From Mobula hypostoma (taxonomy: Eukaryota), in NCBI RefSeq assembly GCF_963921235.1, contig NC_086098.1:806001-870000 (forward strand): a stretch of 64,000 nucleotides of DNA, in the 5' to 3' direction. The position numbers and the translations under genes are program-made. This document shows positions 1-10,215 of this stretch, one piece after another (within the stretch, counting starts at the first letter, position 1; every line of letters starts with the position of its first letter). The notes below the pieces were generated by a model, which saw only the letters and a program-made list of their open reading frames with translations, made no database searches and was not told the DNA's origin.

Positions 1-2457
1 AGAGTAAAGCCCTAGCTCCCTTAATCTCTGATCATAATGCATACTTTCTAAACCAGGCAGCATCCTGGTAAATCTCCTCTGTACCCTTCCCAATGCTTCT
101 ACATCCCTCCTATAGTGAGGCGACCAGAACTGGACACAGTACTCCAAGTGTGGCCTAACCAGAGTTTTATAGAGTTGCATCATTACATCGCGACTCTTAA
201 ACTCTATCCCTCGACTTATGAAAGCTAACACCCCATAAGCTTTCTTAACTACCCTATCCACCTGTGAGGCAACTTTCAGGGATCTGTGGACATGAACCCC
301 CCGATCCATCTGCTCCTCCACACTACCAAGTATCCTGCCATTTACTTTGTACTCTGCCTTGGAGTTTGTCCTTCCAAAGTGTACCACCTCACTCTTCTCA
401 GGATTGAACTCTATCTGCCACTTCTCAGCCCACTTCTGCATCCTATCAATGTCTCTCTGCAACTTTGACAATCCTCTACACTATCTACAACACCACCAAC
501 CTTTGTGTTGTCTGCAAACTTGCCAACCCACCCTTCTACCCCGACATCCAGGTCGTTAATAAAAATCACAAAAAGTAGAGGTCCCAGAACATCCTTGTGG
601 GACACCACTAGTCACAATCCTCCAATCTGAATGTACTCCCTAAACCATGACCCTCTGCCTTCTGCAGGCAAGCCAATTCTGAATCCACCTGGCCAAAGTT
701 CCCTGGATCCCATGCCCTCTGACTTTCTGAATAAGCTTACCGTGTGGAACCTTGTCAAATGCCTTACTAAAATCCATATAGACCACATCCACTGCACTAC
801 CCTCATCTATATGCCTGGTCACCTCCTCAAAGAACTCTATCAGGCTTGGTAGACACGATCTGCCCTTCACAAAGCCATGCTGACTGACCCTGATCAGACC
901 ATGATTCTCTAAATGCCCATAGATCCTATCTCTAGGAATCTTTTCCAACAGCATTCCCACCACAGACGTAAGGCTCACTGGTCTCTAATTACACGGATTA
1001 TCCCTACTACCTTTTTTGAACAAGGGGACAACATTCGCCTCCCTCCAATCCTCCGGTACCATTCCCGTGGACAACGAGAACATAAGGATCCTGGCCAGAG
1101 GCTCAGCAATCTCTTCCCTTGCCTCATGGAACAGCCTAGGGAATATTCCGTCAGGCCCCAGGGACTTATCCGTCCTAATGTATTTTAACAACTCCAACTC
1201 CTCCTCTCTCTTTATCAACATGCTCCAGAACGTCAACCTCACTCATATTGTCCTCACCATCATCAAGTTCCCTCTCATTTGTGAACACTGAAGAGAAGTA
1301 TTCATTGAGGACCTCGCTCACTTCCACAGCCTCCAGGCACATCTTCCGACCTATATCTCTAATTGGTCCTACCTTCACTCCTGTCATCCTTTTTTTCTTC
1401 ACATAATTGAATGCCTTGGGGTTTTCCTTTTTCCTACTCACCAAGGCTTTCTCGTGCCCCCTTCTTGCTCTTCTCAGCCTCTTCTTAAGCTCCTTTCTTG
1501 CTTCCCTATATTCCTTAATAGACCTATCTGATCCTTGCTTCCTAAACCTAATGTATGCTGCCTTCTTCCACCTGACTAGATTTTCCACCTCACTTGTCAC
1601 CCATGGTTCCTTCACCCTACCATTCTTTATCTTCCTCACTGGGACAAGTTTATCCCTAACATCCTGCAAGAGATCTCTAAATATCGACCGCATGTCCATA
1701 GTACATTTCCCTGCAAAGTATCATCCCAATTCACACCCGCAAGTTCTAGCCTTATAGCCTCATAATTTGCCCATCCCCAATTAAAAATTTTCCTGTACTC
1801 TCTGATTCTATCCTTTTCCATGATAATGCTAAAGGCGGTGGTCACTGTCCCCCAGACGCTCACCCACTGAAAGACCTGTGACCTGACCCGGTTCATTACC
1901 TAGTACTAGATCTAGTATGGCACTCCCCCGGTTGGCCTGTCCACATACTGTGACAGGAATCCATCCTGGACACACTTAACAAACTCTAAACCCTTGGAAC
2001 TAATCAGGTGCCAATCAATATTAGGGAAGTTAAAGTCACCCATGATAACAACCCTGTTATTTTTGCACCTTTTCAAAATCTTCCTCTCAATCTGCTCGTC
2101 TGTATCTCTGCTGCTACCAGGGGGCCTATAGAATACCCCCAATAGAGTAACTGCTCCCTTCCTGTTCCTGACTTCCACCCATACTGACTCAAAAGAGGAT
2201 CTTGCTACATTACCCACCCTTTCTGTAGCTGTAATAGTATCCCTGACCAGTAATGCCACCCCTCTTCCCCTTTTTACCCCCTCTCTATCCCTTTTAAAAC
2301 ACTGAAATCCAGGAATATTGAGAATCCATTCCTGCCCTGTTGCCAGCCAAGTTCTCTGTAATGGCCACTACATCATAATTCCATGTATGTCTCCAAGCTC
2401 TCAGTTCATCACCTTTGTTCTTGATGCTTCTTGCATTGAGGTACACACACTTCAGCC
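1..2457 (-). mobile_element. CR1-clade LINE (family A) ORF2, frameshifted; runs off the window at its 3' end
   Basis: Minus-strand pieces encode the APE endonuclease start (GLKCVYLNARSIKNKGDEL, MGDFNFPNIDW) and RT motifs ([32 protein letters not shown]). Closely similar to 12760-15544 and 50553-54075. Confidence 0.93.
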
Positions 2458-2504
2458 CTGTTTGTCCTGTGTTTTGAGATATCACACCGGAGGAAATGAT
2501 GTAA

Positions 2505-2640
2505 CTCACATCAAAGTTGCTGGTGAATGCAGGAGGCCAGGCAGCATCTCTCGGAAGAGGTACAGTCGACGTTTTAGGCCGAGACACTTCATCAGGACTG
2601 TGTGTTGCTTGAATTTCCAGCATCTGCAGAATTCCTCATG
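2505..2640 (-). mobile_element. Penelope-like terminal repeat fragment with degenerate hammerhead motif
   Basis: The reverse complement of 2563-2600 is CAGTC-CTGATGA-AGTGTCTCGGCCT-AAAA-CGTC-GACTG. The same repeat follows GIY-YIG tails at 9165-9800 and 60240-61195. Confidence 0.7.
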
Positions 2641-2711
2641 ATTGCGGAGGATATAATTTCTTAATGCATCATTACTAAATAATAATAAGAGGACTACGTG
2701 TTTTCATAATC

Positions 2712-3379
2712 ATAATATCCGCCTCCATCACCGTTGCCATCAGCCCATTCCACACACTCATCATTCTCTGAGTAAAAAACTTACCCCTGATATCTCTGTG
2801 CCTACTCCGCAGCACCTTAAACCTGTGTCCTCTTGTGGCAACCAATTCATGCCTGGGAAAAAGCCTTTGACTATCCACAGGATCAATGCCTCTCATTATT
2901 TTATACACTTCTATCAGGTCACCTCTCATCCTCCGTTGCTCCGAGGAGAAAAGGCCGAGTTCACTCAACCGATTCTCATACGGCATGCTCCTCAATCCAG
3001 GCAACATCCTTGTAAATCTCCTCTGCACCTTTTCTATGGCTTCCACGTCCTTCCTTCCCTAATGCGACCAGAACTGAGCACAATACTCCAAGTGGGGTCT
3101 GACCAGGGTCCTATATAGCTGCAACATTATCTCTCGGCTCCTAAATTTAATTCCACGATTAATGAAGGCCAATACACCGTATGGCTTTTTAACCACAGAG
3201 TCAATCTGTGTAGCAGCTTTGAGTGTCCTGTGGACTCGGACCCCAAGATCCCTCTGATCCTCCACACTGCCAAGAGTCTTACCATTAATACTATATTGTG
3301 CCATCATATTTGACCTACCAAAATGAACCACTTCACACTTACCTGGGTTGAACTTCATCTGCCACTTCTCAGCCCAGTT
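2712..3379 (-). mobile_element. CR1 LINE 3' fragment (family B)
   Basis: ORFs 3059-3358 and 2675-3046 contain LVRPHLEYCAQFWS, VQRRFTRMLPGL and RRMRGDLIEVYK. Confidence 0.9.
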
Positions 3380-3380
3380 G

Positions 3381-4702
3381 ATGCAAAAGATCCTGAGAGA
3401 CAGGATTTAATGAACATTTGGAAAAGCATAATATGATTAGGAATAGTCAGCATAGCTTTGTCAAAGGCAGGTCATGCCTGACGAGACTGATTGAATATTT
3501 TGAGGATGTGACTAAACATGTAGATGAAGGTACAGCAGTAGATGTAGTGTATATGGATTTCAGGAAGGAAGTTGATAAGGTACCCCATGCAAGGCTTATT
3601 GAGAAAGTAAGGAGTCATAGGATCCAGGGGGACATTGCTTTGTAGATCCAGAACTTGCTTGCCCACAGAAGGCAAAGTGTGGTTGTAGACTAGTTGTATT
3701 CTGCATGGAGGTCGGTGATCAGTGGTGTGCCTCAGGGATCTGTTCTGGGACCCTTACTCTTCGTGATTCTTATAAATGACCTAGATGAGAAAGTGGAGGA
3801 ATGGGTTAGTAAATTTACTGATGAAATAAAGGTTAGGGATGTTGTGGATAGTGTGGATGATTGTCAGAGGTTACAGCGGGACAAATTGATAGGATACAAA
3901 ACTGGGCTGAGAAGTGGCAGATGGAGTTCAACCCAGAGAAATGTGAGGTGGTTTATTTTGGTAGGTCAAATATAATGGAAGAATATAGTATTAATGGTAA
4001 GACTCTTGGCAGTGTGGAGGACCAGAGGGATCTTGGTGTCCGAGTCCATAGGTCACGCAAAGCTGCGCAGGTTGACTCTGTGGTTAAGAAGGCGTATGAT
4101 GCGTTGGCCTTCATCAATCGTGGGATAGAGTTCAGGAGCTGAGAGGTAATGTTACAGCTATAAAGGACCCTGGTCAGACCACACTTGGAGTATTGTGCTC
4201 AGTTCCGGTCACCTCACTGCAGGAAGGATGTGGAAACTATAGAAAGGGTGCAGAGGAGATTTACAAGGATGTTGCCTGGATTGAGGGGCATACCTTATGA
4301 GAATAGCTTGAGTGAACTTGGCCTTTTCTCCCCGGAGCAAGGAGGATGAGAGGTGACCCGATAGAGGTGTATAAGATGATGAGAAGCATTGATCGTGTAG
4401 ATAGTCAGAGGCTTTCTCCCAGGGCTGAAATGGCTAGCACGAGAGGTCACAGGTTTAAGATGCAGAGGAGTAGGTGCAGAGGCGATGTCAGGGGCAAGTT
4501 TTTACTCAGAGTGGTGAGTGCATGGAATGGGCTGCCGGTGACAGTGGTGGAGGCGGATACGATAGGGTCTTTTGAGAGACTCCTGGTAGGTACATGGAAC
4601 TTAGAAAAATCGAGGTCTATGGGTAACCCTAGGTAATTTCTAAAGTTCGGCACAGCATTCTGGGCCGAAGGTCCTGTATTGTGCTATAGGTTTTCTGTTC
4701 TA
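3381..4702 (+). mobile_element. CR1 LINE, 5'-truncated (family B), RT to 3' tail
   Basis: RT motifs SQHSFVKGRSC and [13 protein letters not shown]; 3' hairpin GGCC-GAAG-GTCC followed by a TTTTCTGTTCTATG tail. Confidence 0.9.
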
Positions 4703-5995
4703 TGGCATTTACCCACAGCGCACCGCCTTTTCTACACTGGGAACCTTGGCACACATGATCCATGGGAGGCTCATTTATTACGCCATTTCTACCTCGGAAG
4801 TTGCGCTGGAGGTGAGGGAGAAGAGCTGGCATCCTGGTGAAGTTGACATGGCATGCTAAATGGCCTCTGCTCCCTAGCATGCTCCTGGCTAATGTTCAGT
4901 CTCTGGACAACAAGCTGTGTGAAGTGGGAGCCAGGATCTCCTACCAGTGAAAAACAGGAATGTTTAATTTGTGCTTCATGGAGACCTGGTTGATGAAGGA
5001 AATACCAGATCACGCCATTGAACCTTCTGGGTTCTCCCGCTTCTAGGGGAACAAGTTTAAAAACTTCTCTTGGAAGAGTAAAGGAGGTGGGGAATGCTTC
5101 ATGGTCAATAATGTTTGGTGAGACCCCCAGAATGTGCATGTCCTCAAATGCTTTTGTTCCCCGGATCTGGAGTACCTTCTGCTGCTGTGTCGACTTTTCT
5201 GGCTGCCTAGAGGGTTCACAGCTTTCATCATCACAGCTGTGTATATTCCACAGCAGGCTGATACTGACCTGGCTCTCAAGGGACTGTTCAAGACCATTAG
5301 CACCCTGGAGAGCCTACAGCCGGAGACTGCTTTCATCATCGCTGAAGACTTTAATCAAGCGTCACTGACTAAAGTCTCTCCAAAGTTTTGTCAACATATC
5401 CAGGTGAGCACAGAGGGGGATGGTATACTCTACCTCTTACTCTCCCTCCGCAATGCTTACAAAACTCCCCTCCAGTTTGAGAAGTCTGACCACTCCTCCA
5501 TCCTGCTTCTGCCTGTGTACAGAGAGATGTCCATAGTTAAAACCATCCACAACTCTGCACGAACAACACACGCAGCTTCTGGGAAGATTTGCACACCATC
5601 GCAGACTTCAAAGCTAAACACAATGGTGTTGCCCACATCGCCGCCTCTCTCTCAGATGAGCTAAATCTTTTTTACAGTCGGTTCAATATCACCAACACTG
5701 AGCCCCTGAGGAGAGCCATTGATGTGACCTGTACCTTGGTCATCTCTCAGGCTGATGTATGCAGGTGTTTCCAACGAGTGAACAGCTACAAGGCTGTGGG
5801 ACCGGACAGCACCCCAGGGCAGGTACTCAGAGTGTGTGCGGCACAACTGGCTGGTATGTTTGCAGACATTTTTAATCTCTCCCTCTCCCAGTGTAGTGCC
5901 CTCCTGCTACAAAATATCCACCATTATCTCTGTACCAACAAAGACCAAGGTAACATGTCTGAGCGATTGGCATCCTGTCACACTCACCTCAATAA

Positions 5996-7003
5996 CACTG
6001 GACAACAATTTTTTTTCAAGAGTGTTGCTTCCTCAGAATTTTTTTGTTTATGATAGACTGCTTGAAGATGAACACAAATATAATTTCAGACTACTTGTAT
6101 CCCGTAGGAATTTGGAGAAACAACAAATTAACTTTTATTGAATATCATGTGTTTAATTGCATAATAGTGCTGCTGCTTTGTAATAGTTCAACTAAGTTAA
6201 AATATTTTGTTAATGATTTTCATTCATACTCAGTGTCTGAGGCTTCTCGCACAAGTGCCCAACAATAATTTGCTAGCATTGGTGGATTCCAGTTGCCCTG
6301 GTATCTTTTCACCATGACTGCAATGTCCTGGTGAAACCTTTCACCATGCTCGTCACTAACAGCACCAAGATTTGCAGGGAAGAAATCTAAATGGGAATGC
6401 AGAAAATGAATCTTTAGTAACATGTTGCATTTCATGGTTTTAAATGCTTGAAGTATGCTTTCAACCAGCTTCATGTAGTTTGGTGCTCTGTAGATGCCGA
6501 GAAAAAATTCAACAACTTCCTTGAATGCCTTCCATCTGATTTTCTCCAGTCCCACTAGAAATTCTTCAAATTGCCTGTCATTGATGACCTGTTTGATTTA
6601 TGGACCAACAAAAATGCTTTCCTTAATCTTGGCATCAGTTATTCTGGGAAGCATCTGTCTCAAATATCAAAATCGTTCACAGAAATTTTTGTGCCCGGTG
6701 ATAGAAAATTCCATCCTTACAGTCCTGGACCCAATAATTATTACTAAAACCTGTCCTGCCATGCAGCAGCCACACCACCTAAGCATGCCCAAGCATGCCT
6801 GGACAAGATAGGAAACTTTCCAGCTTACATTGTAGGCAACATTTTAATTGAATTGAATTATGAATTGAAATAATAAACATAAGTTTATTTTTTAAAAATG
6901 GTGCATGATTGGGAAATTTCATGGTGGTTTTCGTGATCAGTAGGTCAAAATTCATAAGATACACCTAAAGGTATTCAGGAAGCAAAATCTTTGTTGTCCA
7001 GTG
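5996..7003 (-). mobile_element. Internally deleted Chapaev3-like (CMC) DNA transposon, 1008 bp
   Basis: Perfect 13-bp TIRs CACTGGACAACAA / TTGTTGTCCAGTG and a 3-bp TSD TAA (5993-5995, 7004-7006). The transposase C-terminus is retained (DAKIKESIFVGP...KIHFLHSHLDFFPANLGAVSDEHGERFHQDI...MLANYCW). Confidence 0.85.
6220..6660 (-). pseudogene. Transposase C-terminal remnant (Chapaev3-type)
   Basis: ORF 6220-6555 plus upstream in-frame similarity broken by a stop; contains the H-x2-H/SDEHGERFHQD motif that carries the last catalytic Glu. Confidence 0.8.
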
Positions 7004-7212
7004 TAATAAGCAAATGCTTTGAGAGGCTGGTCAAGGACTACATCTGCAGCATGCTACCACCCACACTGGACCCCCTACAGTTCGCCTACTGACACAACCA
7101 ATCGACTGATGACGCAATAGCCACAGCTCTACATATTGTCCTAACACATCTGGAGAGGAGGAATGCTTATGTGAGAATCCCGTTCTTGGACTACAGTTTA
7201 GCATTCAACACC

Positions 7213-8014
7213 TTTTTCATTTTAAAAATCTTTTTATTGAAACATAATCTTCTACAGCTATAAACTGATACAAGACCAACAAATTGATATGTATACAGTT
7301 AATAAAGCTGAAGAAAAAAACTTATCAAAAAAGAATAATATATGATAATGAAAAAAAAATATTTTTATAAAGAAAAGAAGGAAAAAGAATCCTAACTAAC
7401 TAAAAGAAAAAACAAACCACTAACTACAAGAGAAAGAAAAAGAGAAAGAAAACTATTAGGAACCAACTCCCAGAGCAATATGTCTTACAATCATCTATAG
7501 AGATATATATATAAGAAAGATCATCAACCGCCAATTCACATTTATATAAAATAAGATTGGAAAGAATCCATATTAATTAATTCAAATTAAATGATGATAT
7601 TTGTCAAAAGAGCCCCACCTTCTCTCAAAATCAAATCGGGGATCAAAAGTTCTACTTCTAATTTTTTCCAAACTAAGACATAACATTAGTTGGGAAAATC
7701 ATTGAATTAATGTAGGGACAGAGGTATCTTTCCATTTCAATAAAATAGCCTTTCTTGCCAACAGTGTAACATGTTGGTCTGAAGATGAAATACCCTGAAT
7801 ATGATGCGGAACTATTCCAAATAGAACAGTTAGTGTCTAGGTTGTAAATTAATTTTCAGAGCTTTAGAAATTGTAGAAAATAAAGATTTCCAAAAAGATT
7901 TTAATGAAGAACATGACCAGAACATACGTGACAAAGTGTCTACTTCAGTTTTACACCTACCACAATAGTTGTCTATGTTAGGAAATATTTTGGATAGTCT
8001 CTCCTTTGTTAAAA
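7213..8014 (-). mobile_element. L1-clade LINE 3' end, 5'-truncated
   Basis: 11-bp TSD CATTCAACACC (7202-7212, 8015-8025). C-terminal zinc-knuckle region LTKERLSKIFPNIDNYCGRCKTEVDTLSRMFWSC. T-rich 3' UTR with AATAAA and an A-rich tail on the minus strand. Confidence 0.85.
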
Positions 8015-9164
8015 CATTCAACACCATTGTTCCCTCCAGGCTCGACAAGAAGCTCAGAGACCTCAGCCTTCACCCTGCCTTGTGTAGCTAGATCCTGGCA
8101 GGTGATAAGAGTAGGCTCCCTCACCTCTGACCCTCAACACAGGAGCCCCCAGGGCTGTGTCCTAAGCCCCCTCCTTCACTCTCTGTATACACATGACTGT
8201 GTCGCCACCCACAGCTCCAATCTGCTAATTAAATTTGTAGATGATACGACATTGACTGGCCTTCTCTCAAATAATAATGAGGCAGCCTACAGAGAAGAAG
8301 TCATCACCCTGACACAGTGGCATCAATAAAACAACCTCTCCCTCAATGTCGCAAAAACAAAGGAGCTGGTTGTGGACTACAGGAAGAATGGAGACAGGCT
8401 AACCCCTATTGATATCAATGGATCTGGGGTTGAGAAGGTGAACAGCCTCAAGTTCCCCAGCGTACATATCACTAAGGATCTCACGATCTGTACACACCAG
8501 CTGTGTGGTGAAAAAAGCACAACAGGACTCCTTTCACCTCAGACGGTTGAAGAAGTTTAGCATGAGTCCCCATATCCTAAGGACTTTCTACAGGGGTGCA
8601 ACTGAGAGCATCCTGACTGTCTGCATCACTGCCTGGTATGAGAACTGTAGAGTGCGGAGAGAGTGGTACGGACAGCCCAGCGCATCTGTTGGGGTGAACT
8701 TCCCACTATTCAGGACATTTACTATGACAGGTATGTAAAAAGGGCCCAAAGGATTACTGGGGACCCAAGTCACCCCAACCACAAACTGTTCCAGATGCTA
8801 CCATCCAGGGATAAAGGGGGGACGGTACCGCAGCATAAAAGCCAGGACCAACAGTCTGCACATTGCACGTTCAGACGGAGATGTAATGTAAAGATGTTTA
8901 GTCCTCACATATTTGAAGGAGGTAAGAAATAAAGTCAATTAAATTCAAGGTGCGGAGTGTAACTAACTAATAGAGTGTAGATTGGAAAAGAATATACCAA
9001 AGGAGTTTATGAGAAAGAACTGATTGGTGTCTGAGAGGGAAAGCTGAACCGTGTCACTGCAAAGAGGAACATTCAATAAGCTAAGAAAAGTGATTTGTGA
9101 GAGATTTGGTTTTATGAAAATATTTGCCAAGGTAAGGCTACCCAACACTTTTAGAATGCTTTGT

Positions 9165-9800
9165 CGAGGATCTTCATTCTGTCCTCAACAGGCAGAATTT
9201 CTCGGTGGCCAACCATTTTAACTCCACTCCCCATTCCTCTCAACATGTTGGTGCACGGTCTCCTCTACTGCCACGATAAGGCTACCCTCGGGGTGGAGGA
9301 TCAATACCTCATATTCCATCTGGGTAGCCTCGAACTTGATGGCACGAATATCGGTTTGGTTTCTCCATCTTCTGGTAATTTCTTCCCACTCCCCCTCTCT
9401 TTTCACATTCCCCACTCTAGCTCCCCTCTTGCCCCTTCTCTTTTCCTTACCTGCCTATCAGCTCAATTTGGTTCCCCTCCTACTTTGCTTTCTCCCATGG
9501 TCCACTCTCCTCTCCTATCATAGTCCTCCTTCTTCAGCCCTTTATCTTTTCACCTATCACCTCCCAGCTTCTTACTTCATCCATCCCCCACCCATCCACT
9601 TACCTTCCCCGTTACCTGGCTTCAGTTATTATCTTCCAGGTTGTACTCCTTCTCCCTCCCCACCCCCATCACCTTTTCTGACTTCACCCTTTCTTTCCAG
9701 TCCTGATGAAGGGTCTACACCTGAAATGTTGACTGTTCATTCCCCACCATAGATTCTGCCTCACTGGCTGAGTTCCTCTTGCATTTTGTATGAGCTACCC
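9165..9800 (+). mobile_element. Penelope-like element 3' end: GIY-YIG C-terminus plus terminal repeat with hammerhead motif
   Basis: Translates across a frameshift as VANHFNSTPH...VHGLLYCHDKATLGVEDQYLIFHLGSLELDGTNI, the typical PLE endonuclease tail. Followed by a pyrimidine-rich tract and CAGTC-CTGATGA-AGGGTCTACACCT-GAAA-TGTT-GACTG at 9698-9735. Confidence 0.8.
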
Positions 9801-10215
9801 AAAGCTTAAACCAACAGAAAGGCATGAAAAGTCCTGTCTCAATCTGTCAGACACTGATTGTAGCTGAGGGAAAGGATTTTGGGCAATGAGATATATCTTT
9901 CATTGGCTACGCTACAAGTTAGATTTTCCAGATACCTTGAAAAGTTTATCAAACGTTTTCATTGTATAAAATGTAAGGCGGTAGATGCTGAAAAATGGCA
10001 ATAAAGAGCAAAAAGGTGCTCAGCATCCATGGGGGGGTTAGAAACCCAGCTGACATTTCAGAAGTCCTCAACTGCATGTCCTTGAGAGTTCTTAAACCTG
10101 ACTCTGATGCTGACTGCTTACAACAGAGAAGGTAACCGATTCAAGTTCTTGTCTTGTTACTTTGGCAACTTCAACAATACAGTTACTAAAGGAAGTTCTG
10201 CTATAATCTTTTAAT

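Larger units (their letters stand above)
4705..8948 (+). mobile_element. Rex1/Babar-clade LINE, decayed, interrupted by two insertions
   Basis: N-terminal LPSMLLANVQSLDNKL; LPRGFTAFIITAVYIP; PQGCVLSPLLHSLYTHDC..IKFVDDTT; VKKAQQ..FHLRRLKKF; AATAAA near 8928. The reading TLTSIISKCFERLV is rejoined across 5996-7003, and AFNTI across 7213-8014. Confidence 0.88.

Noticed and set aside
2712..4702. Twin-priming 5' inversion of a single CR1
   Set aside because: The inverted part duplicates sequence also present in the forward part rather than complementing it, so two copies are more likely.
9336..9752. Pro/Ser-rich ORFs (also 59148-59408 and 60415-60799)
   Set aside because: These are low-complexity pyrimidine-rich Penelope 3' regions, not genes.
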